Source: Acidovorax sp.
GTDB taxonomy: Bacteria > Pseudomonadota > Gammaproteobacteria > Burkholderiales > Burkholderiaceae_C
DNA length: 64,000 bases
Reading direction: 5' to 3'
NCBI RefSeq assembly: GCF_021287135.1
Contig: NZ_JAJTBB010000070.1
Coordinates: forward strand, 4,990 to 68,989
Below the pieces are notes generated by a model, which ran no database searches, was not told the origin of the DNA, and saw nothing but the letters and a program-made list of their open reading frames with translations. Below are positions 17,173 to 28,167 of the stretch, piece by piece (position 1 is the stretch's first letter; each line of letters begins with the position of its first letter). Both the position numbers and the translations under genes were made by a program.

Positions 17173-20013
17173 ATGACAGATACCCGTTGGGCCGCCCACA
17201 AACGGCGTGTGCTGGGCGCAGCCGCGCTGTGCCTGGGACTGGCCGCGGCCACAGCAGCCACCGCCGCCACCGATTGGCAGGCGGCCGGAACTTTCGCCGG
17301 CGCCCGCGCCCGCCATACCACCACGCAACTCAGTGACGGGCGCGTTCTCGTTGCCGGCGGGCAGGTTGGCTCCATGCCGCGCCCCACCACGCAGTTCTAT
17401 GACCCCGCCACCGGCCGCTGGAGCAACGGCCCCGACATGCCCGGCCCGCGCGCCGACCACACGGCCACACCGCTGCGCGACGGCACCGTGCTGTTCGCGG
17501 GCGGCATCAACGGCAGCGCATCGGTCACGGCCACCGCCACGTTCGACCCGCAAACCAACGCCTTCACCGATGCGGGCACCATGGCCGTGCGCCGCCGTCA
17601 GCACACCGCCACACTGCTGGCGGACGGACGCGTTCTGATCGCTGGCGGGCGCGGCACGAGCGGCCAGGAGGGCCTGAGATCGGCCGAGCTGTACGACCCC
17701 GCCACACGCACCTGGAGTGTTACAGGCCAGATGGGCGGCGCGGGCAAGCGCCAGCACACGGCCACGCTGCTGCAGGACGGGCGCGTGCTGGCCGTGGGCG
17801 GCATCGACAACGGCGAATCCACTACCGCCGCCGCTCTGCTGTACAGCCCCACAGACGGCACGTGGGCGGGCGCCGCGCCCCTGCCCACGCCGCGCCGCGA
17901 CCACACCGCCACGCTGCTGCCGGACGGCCGCGTGTTCGTCGCGGGCGGCTCGGACGGCACCGGCGCGCTGGCCTCCACGCTGCTGTACGACCCTGCCGCC
18001 GACACCTGGACCCCCGGCCCCACGCTGCAGACCGCACGCGAGCGCCATGCCGCCATCCTGTTGCCCGATGGCCGCGTGCTGCTGGCGGGCGGCGAGGCGG
18101 CGGGCACGCCCACCGCCGTGGTCGAGATCTACAACCCGGCCGCAGGCCTGTCGTCCGTCTTCGCGCCCCTGGCCGAGGCGCGCAGTGCGCTGGGCGCGCT
18201 GCTGCTGCATACCGGCGAGGTGCTGGTGACGGGCGGCGTGGGCGCGGTGGCGTCGCTGCAAAGCGCCGAGCGCCTGCGCTGGGACGTCTCCGCCAGCTTC
18301 AACGGCGCGCTGCCCGACACGCGCGTGCGGCCCGCCGCGACGCTGCTGCCCGGCGGCGACGTGCTGGTAACCGGCGGCAGCGCGGACAACAGCCAGGGCG
18401 GCGCGCGCGACAGCGCCTTTCGCTACCACCCGGCCACGGGCCAGTGGACAACCGCTGCCGCCATGCAGCAGCGCCGTTTCAAGCACACGGCCACGCTGCT
18501 GGGTGACGGGCGCGTGTTGGCCGTGGGCGGCCAGAACCCGACGGCGCCCGGCATCGCCAACGTCGAGATTTACGACAGCGCCGCCAACACCTGGACGGCG
18601 GTGGCCTCGCTGCAATATCCCCGCCACGGGCACACCGCCACCCTGCTGGCCAACGGCAACGTGCTGATCGCGGGCGGCAGCGACGGCACCGTCGGCTCGG
18701 CCGGGGTGGCCGAGGTGTTCAGCCCCGCCACCAGCACCTGGCAGCCGGTGGGTGCGCTGCAAAGCCCGCGCACCGGCCACACCGCCACGCTGCTGCCCGA
18801 CGGCCGCGTACTGGTGGCGGGCGGATCCGTGGGCAACCAGCCCACCGGCAGCGTGGAGATTTACCACCCCGCCACCGGCCAGTGGAGCGCCGGCCCGAGC
18901 CTGGCCGCCGCGCGCATCCAGCATACGGCCACGCTGCTGCCCGACGGCCGTGTGCTGGTAGCGGGCGGCGGCAACAACGTCAGTGCGCTCGCCAGCACTG
19001 AAATCTACGACCCCGCCACCAACACCTGGCAGGCCACCGGCGACCTGCAGGAAGGCCGCGCCTTCCATTCCGCCACGCTGCTGCCCGACGGGCGCGTGCT
19101 GGTCACGGGCGGCTACCTCAACGCGGTGATGCTGGCCTCCGCCGAAACCTACGATCCTGCGCGCGGCGTATGGGAGCCCGCCGGTGCCATGCCCATGGCC
19201 CGCTGGGCGCACACCGCCACCGTGCTGGCGAGCGGCCAGGTGCTCATCGCTGGCGGCGGCACCAGCAACGGCTCCGCCGCCACGGTGCTCTATGGCCGCA
19301 GCAACGACGTGCCGGGCGGCCGCCGCCCCGACGCCACCAGCGCCAGCCCCGTCCTGCTTGCCACGGGCGGAACGCTGCAACTGGACGGCCAGCGGTTCCT
19401 GAGCGACAGCGAAGGCAGCGGCGGCGCCACCAGCCAGTCGGCCACGCACGCGCCCCTGGTGCGGCTGCGCCGCCTGGACGACGGCGCGGAGTTCTGGCTG
19501 CCAGCGCAGCAGTCCAGCGCCACACAGTTCACGGCACGCCCGCGCGCCCCAGGTCTGCCCGCCGGCCCCTACCTGGCCACGCTGTTCACCGGCGGCATGG
19601 CATCGGCGGGCCTGCCAGTCACCCTGCTGGCGGGCGGCGCCCCCGGCGCACCCACCAACGTTACGGCCATGCCGGGCAATGCCCAAGTCACCGTATCGTG
19701 GCAGGCGCCCGCCACCGGCACCCCGCCCGCGAGCTACACCGTGACGGCCCAACCCGGCGGCGCCACGTGCACCGTGCTGGCGCCCGCAACGAGTTGCACC
19801 GTGACCGGCCTGACCAACGGCACGGTCTATACCTTCATCGTGACAGCCACCAACGCAGGGGGAAGCTCATCGGCCCCGCCCACGGGCGGCGTGGCGCCCG
19901 CGGGCGGCTCCGGCGGTGGCGTTCAAAGCGTGCCCACGCTTTCCGAATGGGGCGTGCTGCTGCTGGCTGCGCTGATGCTCCTGGCGGGCCTGCGCACGCG
20001 CCGCCTTGTTTGA
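17173..20013 (+). CDS. secreted Kelch-repeat protein (14 blades) with FN3 domain and IPTL-CTERM sorting tag
   Basis: Signal peptide MTDTRWAAHKRRVLGAAALCLGLAAATAATAA. 14 repeats of H(T/S)ATLLxDGRVLVAGG. FN3-like APTNVTAMPGNAQVTVSWQAP...GTVYTFIVTATNAGG. C-terminus VPTLSEWGVLLLAALMLLAGLRTRRLV. Confidence 0.85.
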   Translation: MTDTRWAAHKRRVLGAAALCLGLAAATAATAATDWQAAGTFAGARARHTTTQLSDGRVLVAGGQVGSMPRPTTQFYDPATGRWSNGPDMPGPRADHTATPLRDGTVLFAGGINGSASVTATATFDPQTNAFTDAGTMAVRRRQHTATLLADGRVLIAGGRGTSGQEGLRSAELYDPATRTWSVTGQMGGAGKRQHTATLLQDGRVLAVGGIDNGESTTAAALLYSPTDGTWAGAAPLPTPRRDHTATLLPDGRVFVAGGSDGTGALASTLLYDPAADTWTPGPTLQTARERHAAILLPDGRVLLAGGEAAGTPTAVVEIYNPAAGLSSVFAPLAEARSALGALLLHTGEVLVTGGVGAVASLQSAERLRWDVSASFNGALPDTRVRPAATLLPGGDVLVTGGSADNSQGGARDSAFRYHPATGQWTTAAAMQQRRFKHTATLLGDGRVLAVGGQNPTAPGIANVEIYDSAANTWTAVASLQYPRHGHTATLLANGNVLIAGGSDGTVGSAGVAEVFSPATSTWQPVGALQSPRTGHTATLLPDGRVLVAGGSVGNQPTGSVEIYHPATGQWSAGPSLAAARIQHTATLLPDGRVLVAGGGNNVSALASTEIYDPATNTWQATGDLQEGRAFHSATLLPDGRVLVTGGYLNAVMLASAETYDPARGVWEPAGAMPMARWAHTATVLASGQVLIAGGGTSNGSAATVLYGRSNDVPGGRRPDATSASPVLLATGGTLQLDGQRFLSDSEGSGGATSQSATHAPLVRLRRLDDGAEFWLPAQQSSATQFTARPRAPGLPAGPYLATLFTGGMASAGLPVTLLAGGAPGAPTNVTAMPGNAQVTVSWQAPATGTPPASYTVTAQPGGATCTVLAPATSCTVTGLTNGTVYTFIVTATNAGGSSSAPPTGGVAPAGGSGGGVQSVPTLSEWGVLLLAALMLLAGLRTRRLV

Positions 20014-20071
20014 TCACCAAAAAAATGAGCACCCAGCGCTTTATGGGAAAGCACTGGGGCTCCAAATCATC
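20014..20071 (+). repeat. family A hairpin repeat, copy 2
   Basis: tcaccaaaaaaatgagcaCCCAGCGCTTTatgggAAAGCACTGGGgctccaaatcatc. Fills the whole spacer between the Kelch stop and the next ATG. Confidence 0.7.
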
Positions 20072-20770
20072 ATGAAAAATCCACCGACATCCTCTGTCCC
20101 GCGCCTGGACATCTACGCCGGCATCCACAAGGGCCTGCGCGCCATGATGATGGACACCCTGTCCGCCGTCGGCCGCTGCGACGCCCGCGACAGCGCCGAA
20201 ATGCAGGACGTGTGCGAACGGGTCTTGGTGCTGTGCGACACCTGCGCCAGCCACCTCGAGCATGAAAACGAATTCATCCACCCCGCGATGGAGGCGTACC
20301 GGCCCGGTTCCACCGCACCGATCGCCGCCGACCACAAAGACCACCTGCACGCCATCGCAGAGCTGTGCGCCATGGCCCGCGCACTGCCCACGGGTACTGG
20401 GCCGGATCGGCAACAGGCCGTGACGGCGCTGTACCGCAAGCTGGCGCTGTTCGTGGCCGAGAACTTCGTCCACATGCACGCCGAGGAGGCCGAGCACAGC
20501 CCGGTGCTCTGGGCCAGCCACAGCGACGCCGAACTGCGCGCGCTGGAAGAGCGCATCGCCGCATCCCTCCCCCCGGCGCAGCACCTGCTGTTCATGCGCT
20601 GGATGATTCCGGCACTGCCCACCACCGAGCGCGCCGCCCTACTGGCCGGCCTGCGCGGGGCCGCACCGCGCCCTGCCTTCGACGCCGTGCTCGACACGGT
20701 ACGGCCGCACCTGAGCGCTGGTGATTGGGCTGCATTGAACACCGCACTGACCCAGGCTTCCTCTTCCTGA
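20072..20770 (+). CDS. hemerythrin-like (HHE cation-binding) domain protein
   Basis: ORF trimmed to Met23 (MKNPPTSSVPRLDIYAGIHKGLR). Spaced His/Glu motifs (HKGLR, HLEHENEFIHP, HKDHLH, HMHAEEAEH). The family call is tentative. Confidence 0.5.
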   Translation: MKNPPTSSVPRLDIYAGIHKGLRAMMMDTLSAVGRCDARDSAEMQDVCERVLVLCDTCASHLEHENEFIHPAMEAYRPGSTAPIAADHKDHLHAIAELCAMARALPTGTGPDRQQAVTALYRKLALFVAENFVHMHAEEAEHSPVLWASHSDAELRALEERIAASLPPAQHLLFMRWMIPALPTTERAALLAGLRGAAPRPAFDAVLDTVRPHLSAGDWAALNTALTQASSS

Positions 20771-20782
20771 TCCGTACAACCC

Positions 20783-22924
20783 ATGAAAAGTCGATACCGC
20801 ACTCCCCCCCTTCGCCTCGCATCATTTGTGCTGGCTGCGCCCCTCTTGCTGGCTGGCACGCAGGCGCTCGCGCTCACCTGCCCCCCGGGCCAGTGGCTGG
20901 CTGAGTACTTTCCCAACACCAAACTATCGGGCGCAGCGGTGCTCACGCGCTGCGAAGCCGGCCCCATCGATTACTACTGGATGACCGACAGCCCCGACCC
21001 ACGCCTGCCTGTGGATGCCTTCTCCGCGCGCTGGACGGCGAGCCTGCAGTTCCACGCCGGCACCGCCCGGTTCACGACCTACACCGACGACGGCGTGCGC
21101 CTGTTCGTGAACGGCAAGCGCATCATCAACCACTGGGCGCGCCATGGCATCACCGAGGACACGGCACAGCTCCCGCTGAGCGCTGGCACGCACACGGTGC
21201 GCATGGAGTACTACGAGGCCGGCGGCGAAGGCCTGGCGCAGCTGTTCATCCAGGGCGCGGCGCCCGCCGAGCCGCCGCCACCCCCTGCGCCACCGCGCAT
21301 TACCGGCTTCACCGCGCAACCGGCCACCATTGACGCGGGGGGCACCAGCATCCTCACCTGGAACACCGACAACGCGGTGGCCTGCACGGCCAGCAGCGCC
21401 GAGGACGCGGGCTGGAAAGGCGCCCAGTCGCCCAGCGGCAGTGCCAGCGTGAAGCCCGCAGCCACCGCCACCTATGGCCTGGCCTGCCGCAATGCGGCGG
21501 GCACCGCGGCCAGCGCGGCGGTATCGGTGACCGTTCGCGTCACCACGCCACCACCACCGCCCCCTCCGCCCGAAGACACCGGCGAACTCACCGCGACCGT
21601 GACGCCTTCGGGCGTTCGGCTGGCCTGGCCCGCGTCACCCCAGGGCCGCAAGTGGGTGAATGGCTACTACGCCGGCTGGTTCTGGGAGACGTATCCGCCC
21701 GAGGCTGTGGACATGGGCACCATGACGCACTTCGTCTTTGGCCGCTATGCGCCTGCGCTGGGCTCGCTGCCGGGCGGGCGCGCCGGCGACCTGCTGGAAG
21801 GCGCAGGCGGCGCGCACGCGCAGGTGGAGGACGCACTGATCGCCAAAGCGCATGCGGCGGGCGTGAAAGCCATCATGATGGTGGGCGGCGACAGCGATGG
21901 CCCGGGCTTCCTGGCCGCCACGGCCAACGCCACCGTGCGCGCGCGGTTCATCCAGAACATCCTGGACAAGGCCGTGCAGAAGAACTACGACGGCGTGGAC
22001 ATCGACTGGGAAGAAGACCTGGACACCCCCGCAGCCCGCGCCCAGGCCCTGGCCCTGCTGCGCGAACTGCGGGCGGCCTCGCAGCAGCGGCCCCGCTACC
22101 AGGCCCAGCCCCTGGAGATCAGCTGGCCCGGCTTCTGGGTGAACAAGAACGAACCGGACATCACGCCATGGCACGCCGAGGTGGCCGGCGCGGTGGACCG
22201 CTTCAACCTCATGACCTACAGCATGGCCGGCGACTGGGGCTGGCTGTCGTGGCACCACTCGCCGCTGTTCGGCGCGGACACCTACCACCCGACATCCATC
22301 GAATCCACCGTGCAGGCGTACCTGAACGCCGGGGTGCCCCGCTCCAAGCTGGGCATCGGCATCGGGCTGTACGGGGCTTACTACAACAGCCCCGTGACCG
22401 GCCCGCGCCAAAGCCTGGACGGCATGCAGGGCTGGATGAACAACGGCGACTGGGAGAACAACTTCCAGCGGCTGGTGAACGACAACGCATTCGGGCAGCC
22501 CGGCGCCGTCTACCACTGGGACGACGTGGCCCAGCAGAGCTACATCACCTACACCCAGCCGTGGCAGCGCGGCCCCGGCACGCCGGTGACCTACCTCAGC
22601 TATGAGGACGAACGCTCCATTGCCGCCAAGGGCCAGTGGGTGCGCGCACAAGGCCTGGGCGGCACGCTGGTCTGGACGGTGAACTATGGCTACCTGCCGC
22701 TGCAAAACGCCAACCCGCAGATGCAGGCCGTCAAGCAGTCGTTCATGGACGGATCCGCGCGCTACCGCATCTACCGCGACGGCGCCCCCATCGCCACCAC
22801 CGCCGACCCGCGCTACCTCGACCCCACACCGCCCAGCGGCAGCCATGGCTACCAGGTGAGCGTGGTGGACACGCAGGGGCAGGAGGGGCCGCGCTCCACC
22901 GCAGTGGTCGTTCAGGTTCCGTAA
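20783..22924 (+). CDS. secreted PA14-domain / glycoside hydrolase family 18 (chitinase-like) protein
   Basis: Signal peptide. PA14-like YFPNTKLSG...FTTYTDDGVRLFVNGKRIINHW...VRMEYYEAGGEGLAQLF. Pro-rich linkers and an Ig-like segment. GH18 catalytic motif YDGVDIDWEE (DxxDxDxE). C-terminal beta-sandwich-like tail. Confidence 0.8.
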   Translation: MKSRYRTPPLRLASFVLAAPLLLAGTQALALTCPPGQWLAEYFPNTKLSGAAVLTRCEAGPIDYYWMTDSPDPRLPVDAFSARWTASLQFHAGTARFTTYTDDGVRLFVNGKRIINHWARHGITEDTAQLPLSAGTHTVRMEYYEAGGEGLAQLFIQGAAPAEPPPPPAPPRITGFTAQPATIDAGGTSILTWNTDNAVACTASSAEDAGWKGAQSPSGSASVKPAATATYGLACRNAAGTAASAAVSVTVRVTTPPPPPPPPEDTGELTATVTPSGVRLAWPASPQGRKWVNGYYAGWFWETYPPEAVDMGTMTHFVFGRYAPALGSLPGGRAGDLLEGAGGAHAQVEDALIAKAHAAGVKAIMMVGGDSDGPGFLAATANATVRARFIQNILDKAVQKNYDGVDIDWEEDLDTPAARAQALALLRELRAASQQRPRYQAQPLEISWPGFWVNKNEPDITPWHAEVAGAVDRFNLMTYSMAGDWGWLSWHHSPLFGADTYHPTSIESTVQAYLNAGVPRSKLGIGIGLYGAYYNSPVTGPRQSLDGMQGWMNNGDWENNFQRLVNDNAFGQPGAVYHWDDVAQQSYITYTQPWQRGPGTPVTYLSYEDERSIAAKGQWVRAQGLGGTLVWTVNYGYLPLQNANPQMQAVKQSFMDGSARYRIYRDGAPIATTADPRYLDPTPPSGSHGYQVSVVDTQGQEGPRSTAVVVQVP

Positions 22925-22934
22925 GGCGCAGTCG

Positions 22935-22996
22935 CTATCAAAACAGTAGCTGCCAGCGCTTTATGGACAAGCGCTGGCGGCCAAAATCATTACAAA
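22935..22996 (+). repeat. family A hairpin repeat, copy 3
   Basis: ctatcaaaacagtagctGCCAGCGCTTtatggacAAGCGCTGGCggccaaaatcattacaaa. Perfect 10-bp stem. Confidence 0.8.
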
Positions 22997-23104
22997 CCGC
23001 ATCGAACATTCCCCATGCCAGCTGCGCGGTGCCCGGTGGCGCGCCGTGTCCACGGGGGGCGCCGGCGCGGGTGCAGGCCGAGGCCCCACGCGCCGGCCCG
23101 GCTC

Positions 23105-23158
23105 CTGATTCGATAGCTGCCAGCGCCGGCGGCGAAAGCGCTGCAACCGTTTTGAACC
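23105..23158 (+). repeat. family A hairpin repeat, copy 4 (degenerate)
   Basis: ctgattcgatagctgcCAGCGCcggcggcgaaaGCGCTGcaaccgttttgaacc. Shares the gatagctgc left flank and the gcgct core. Confidence 0.5.
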
Positions 23159-23330
23159 GCAACCCACCGCTGGTGCCCAGTGGCTGACCCGGCCCAAGGG
23201 GAGGGAATGCCGAAGCACGGTGTCCTGCGGACGGGAGAGCCGGTGCCGCAACATCCCGGCCCGGGGCCGGGGCCGCCCCGGTAAAATGCCGGGTTTCCCC
23301 CGTACCACCACCCTGACCCCCTCCTCCCCC

Positions 23331-25373
23331 ATGGCCGACACCCAGCAATCCCAACAGATGGCCAATGCAATCCGCGCATTGGCCATGGACGCCGTTCAAC
23401 AAGCCAATTCCGGCCACCCCGGCGCCCCCATGGGCATGGCCGACATGGCGGTCGGCCTGTGGGCGCGCCACCTCAAGCACAACCCCGCCAACCCCGGCTG
23501 GTTCGACCGCGACCGCTTCGTGCTGTCCAATGGCCACAGCTCGATGCTGATCTACTCGCTGCTGCACCTCACGGGCTACGACCTGCCCATCGGCGAGCTC
23601 AAGAACTTCCGCCAGCTGCACAGCAAGACCGCCGGCCACCCCGAGGTGGGCGTGACCCCCGGTGTGGAAACCACCACCGGCCCGCTGGGCCAGGGCATCA
23701 CCAACGCCGTGGGCTTTGCGCTGGCCGAGAAGCTGCTGGCTGCCGAGTTCAACCGCGAAGGCCATGCGGTGGTGGACCACCACACCTACGCCTTCCTGGG
23801 CGATGGCTGCCTGATGGAAGGCATCAGCCAGGAAGCCATCTCGCTGGCCGGCGCCTGGAAGCTGAACAAGCTGATCGCCCTGTACGACGACAACGGCATC
23901 TCCATCGACGGCCAGGTGGCCCCCTGGTTTGCCGACAACACGCCCCTGCGCTTCGTGGCCAGCGGCTGGAACGTGATCGGCCCCATCGACGGCCACGATG
24001 CCGACAAGGTGGCCGAGGCGATTGCCGAAGCCAAGAAGCAGACCGAGCGCCCCACCCTCATCGTGTGCAAGACGCACATCGGCAAGGGCAGCCCCAACCG
24101 CGCCAACACCTCCAAGGCCCACGGCGAGCCCCTGGGCGCGGAGGAAATCAAGCTCACCCGCGAAGCCCTGGGCTGGACGAGCGAGCCCTTCGTCATCCCG
24201 CAAGAGGTGTATGCCGCCTGGGACGCCAAGGCCAGCGGCCAGCAGGCCGAAGGCGCCTGGAACGAACGCTTTGCCGCCTACCAGGCCGCCTTCCCCGAGC
24301 TGGCCGCCGAATTCACGCGCCGCATGCGGGGCCAGCTGCCCGCCAACTTTGCGCAGGTGGCGGTGGACACCGTGGTGGCCGCCCACACCAAGGCCGAGAC
24401 CGTGGCCAGCCGCAAGGCCAGCCAGCTGGCGCTGGAAGCCTTCACCGCCGCGCTGCCCGAACTGATGGGCGGCAGCGCCGACCTGACGGGCTCCAACCTC
24501 ACCAACACCAAGAGCACGCCCAACCTGCGCTTTGACCTGCAAGGCGCGGTCGTCAAGAACGAAGCCGGCGTGGGCGGCCGCCACATCAACTACGGCGTGC
24601 GCGAGTTCGGCATGGCCGCCGTGATGAACGGCATTGCGCTGCACGGCGGCTTCATCCCCTACGGCGGCACGTTCCTCACCTTCAGCGACTACAGCCGCAA
24701 CGCCATCCGCATGGCGGCACTGATGAAGCAGCGCGTGATCCACGTGTTCACGCACGACTCCATCGGCCTGGGCGAAGACGGCCCCACGCACCAGTCCATC
24801 GAGCACGTGGCCAGCCTGCGCCTGATCCCCAACCTGGATGTGTGGCGCCCCGCCGACACGGCCGAAACCGCCGTGGCCTGGAGCGTGGCCCTGTCCAACA
24901 AGAACAAGCCCACCGTGCTGGCCCTGTCGCGCCAGAACCTGCCCTACGCGCCCAAGCGCGACCTGGGCGACATCTCGCGCGGCGCCTACGTGCTGTCCGA
25001 ACCCGCCGACGTGGGCCTCAAGAAGAAGGCCGTGGCCGTGATCATCGCCACCGGCTCGGAAGTGCAGCTGGCCCTCAAGGCCCAGCGCCTGCTGGCCGAC
25101 CGCAAGGTGCCGGTGCGCGTGGTCTCCATGCCCAGCACCACCACGTTTGACCGCGAAGACGTGAAGTACAAGAAGGCCGTGCTGCCCGCGGGCCTGCCCC
25201 GCGTGGCCGTGGAAATGGGTGCCACGGACGGCTGGTGGAAGTACGGCTGCGCCGCGGTGGTCGGCATCGACACCTACGGGGAGTCCGCACCCGCGCCAGT
25301 GCTGTTCAAGCACTTCGGCTTCACCGAAGAGAACGTCGCCGCCACGGTGCTCGCCGCCCTCAAGCGCAAGTGA
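23331..25373 (+). CDS. tkt: transketolase
   Basis: ORF trimmed to Met38 ([40 protein letters not shown]). TPP motif [13 protein letters not shown]. 680 aa. Confidence 0.95.
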   Translation: MADTQQSQQMANAIRALAMDAVQQANSGHPGAPMGMADMAVGLWARHLKHNPANPGWFDRDRFVLSNGHSSMLIYSLLHLTGYDLPIGELKNFRQLHSKTAGHPEVGVTPGVETTTGPLGQGITNAVGFALAEKLLAAEFNREGHAVVDHHTYAFLGDGCLMEGISQEAISLAGAWKLNKLIALYDDNGISIDGQVAPWFADNTPLRFVASGWNVIGPIDGHDADKVAEAIAEAKKQTERPTLIVCKTHIGKGSPNRANTSKAHGEPLGAEEIKLTREALGWTSEPFVIPQEVYAAWDAKASGQQAEGAWNERFAAYQAAFPELAAEFTRRMRGQLPANFAQVAVDTVVAAHTKAETVASRKASQLALEAFTAALPELMGGSADLTGSNLTNTKSTPNLRFDLQGAVVKNEAGVGGRHINYGVREFGMAAVMNGIALHGGFIPYGGTFLTFSDYSRNAIRMAALMKQRVIHVFTHDSIGLGEDGPTHQSIEHVASLRLIPNLDVWRPADTAETAVAWSVALSNKNKPTVLALSRQNLPYAPKRDLGDISRGAYVLSEPADVGLKKKAVAVIIATGSEVQLALKAQRLLADRKVPVRVVSMPSTTTFDREDVKYKKAVLPAGLPRVAVEMGATDGWWKYGCAAVVGIDTYGESAPAPVLFKHFGFTEENVAATVLAALKRK

Positions 25374-25411
25374 TCTGCCAGGGGTCCCGCAGCGATGCGG
25401 GGCCCCTTTGA

Positions 25412-26449
<1,038 letters not shown>

Positions 26450-26620
26450 TCCCGGGGCCGGCCCGCGCCGGCTCCCCAGGCCTGCAGCGTGGTGGGCCAC
26501 CGGCGCCACCGTGCGCACGCTGCGGCCCCTTTTGCATGAAGATGAAGAAAGAAGCGCTCGGGTCCCACTGAACCAGCCCGCCAGGGCCTGCCAGCACGGC
26601 CCCGAGCAACTACCCTGTTC

Positions 26621-26659
26621 AAGCCGGTCGCCTGTCCCCAGGCACCGGCTTCTTTTTTT
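26621..26659 (+). terminator. rho-independent terminator downstream of gap
   Basis: AAGCCGGT-cgcctgtccccaggc-ACCGGCTT followed by cttttttt. Confidence 0.7.
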
Positions 26660-26677
26660 GGCGGCCCGGTGCGCCCT

Positions 26678-27844
26678 TTACACGGGCGCCGCAGGCGGCG
26701 CCGCCGCGCTCCCCGGAGCCGCCGTGGCCCCGCCGGCCGCAGCATCTGTCGCGGCCGTGCGCAGCGGCTCGGGCACGCTCGCCACGTGCACGGTCTGGGT
26801 CGGGAAGGCAAACTGCACGCCCCGGTCCCGGAACTCGCGCAACAGCGCCAGATTGATGGCCTGCTGGCGGTCCATGTAGACGTTGAAGCTCGCGTCCTCC
26901 ACGATGTACACCACCTCGTAGTCGAGCGAGCTGGCGCCGAACGCCTTGAAATGGGCGCGGTCAAAGCGCAGCTGCGGCAGGCCTTCAATGACGCGCCGCA
27001 CCACGTCCGGAATGGCCGCCACCTGCTCCGCGGGGGTATCGAAGGCCACGCCAAAGGTGAAGACGATGCGCCGCTCGCGCATGGGCCGGTAGTTGCTGAT
27101 GGTCTGCTTGAGCAAATCGGTGTTGGACATCACCACCTCTTCGCCCTGCAGGCTGCGGATGCGCGTGGTCTTGAGGCCGATCATCTGCACCGTGCCCGCC
27201 ACGTTGCCCACCACCACAAAATCGCCCACCTGGAACGGCTTGTCCACCGCAATGGCCAGCGACGCAAACAGGTCTCCCAGGATGTTCTGCACGGCCAGCG
27301 CTACGGCAATGCCCCCCACCCCCAGGCTGGCGATGAAGGCCGTGATGTTGACCCCCAGGTTCGACAGGATGGCCAGGAGGATCACGCTCCACAGCAGGGT
27401 GCGCAAGCCCCAGGACATCAACGTGGCCGAGGCGCCGACCTGCGTCATGCCGCTGGAGCCGTGGCGCGCGAGGTAGTGGCGCACGCCAATGCCGATGGCC
27501 CGCATGCCCCACAGGCCCATCTGCAGCGCCACCGCCACGAACCACAGCTGGCTCAGCCGGCTCTCCCACCGGCCCGGCAGGTCCAGAAAACTGGCGCCCA
27601 CCAGCAGCGCCACCACCAGCATCAGCAAGCGGCTGGTGCCCTCCAGCACATCCACCACCGTGGCCGCCACGCCGCTGTGCGACTGCCCGGCCCAATGGCG
27701 GGCGCGGTGGGTCAGCAAGCCCAGCACCAGCAGGATGACCGCATACGTCGCCACCGTGGCCACCAACGCGACCAGCAGGGTCCACAACGGAATCCCGAGA
27801 ACAAACGTCGAACGAATCCAGTCCAGGAAGGCGGAATCCTGCAT
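26678..27844 (-). CDS. mechanosensitive ion channel (MscS family)
   Basis: ORF trimmed to Met104 (MQDSAFLDWIRSTF). TM helices, then the MscS core GVGGIAVALAVQNILGDLFASLAIAVDKPFQVGDFVVVGNVAGTVQMIGLKTTRIRS. Confidence 0.88.
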   Translation of the reverse strand: MQDSAFLDWIRSTFVLGIPLWTLLVALVATVATYAVILLVLGLLTHRARHWAGQSHSGVAATVVDVLEGTSRLLMLVVALLVGASFLDLPGRWESRLSQLWFVAVALQMGLWGMRAIGIGVRHYLARHGSSGMTQVGASATLMSWGLRTLLWSVILLAILSNLGVNITAFIASLGVGGIAVALAVQNILGDLFASLAIAVDKPFQVGDFVVVGNVAGTVQMIGLKTTRIRSLQGEEVVMSNTDLLKQTISNYRPMRERRIVFTFGVAFDTPAEQVAAIPDVVRRVIEGLPQLRFDRAHFKAFGASSLDYEVVYIVEDASFNVYMDRQQAINLALLREFRDRGVQFAFPTQTVHVASVPEPLRTAATDAAAGGATAAPGSAAAPPAAPV

Positions 27845-28167
27845 GCGGCCAATACTCCTTGGGGTGCTTGGTGGGGTGGTAGGGTGGGTCCGCCCGGCCG
27901 AGCGACCGGGCTTTGCAAGCGTGCCACGGCCGCGCGGCGCGCGCCGTAGGACACCGCCGCGCAGGGCCGGGCACCTCGCCCCGGCAAACCTTCGTAAGAA
28001 CCCGCCCACCTCCAAACCCGGGCCGTGCCTACGCACGCTGCGGCGCCAGTGTTCCCACAATTCAGGCACCTTTGGAAAGCCCGCACCCCGGGCTTGCCCC
28101 TCGGGGCCGTGCCGCTTTGCGGCGGCACCACGCCCCGCCGATCCATTGCCCAAGGAGTGTTACCACC

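Noticed and set aside
17280-19300. Regular ~145-nt periodicity that might suggest a CRISPR or tandem-repeat array
   Set aside because: The period is in frame and encodes Kelch blades. There is no repeat-spacer structure and there are no cas genes.
16981-19752. 923-aa ORF on the - strand
   Set aside because: It lies antisense to the Kelch-repeat gene. It is repetitive only because it mirrors the Kelch repeats, and it has no start context or recognisable domains.
22938-25313. 791-aa ORF on the - strand
   Set aside because: It lies antisense to transketolase, whose frame is unambiguous. It is a GC-driven open frame.
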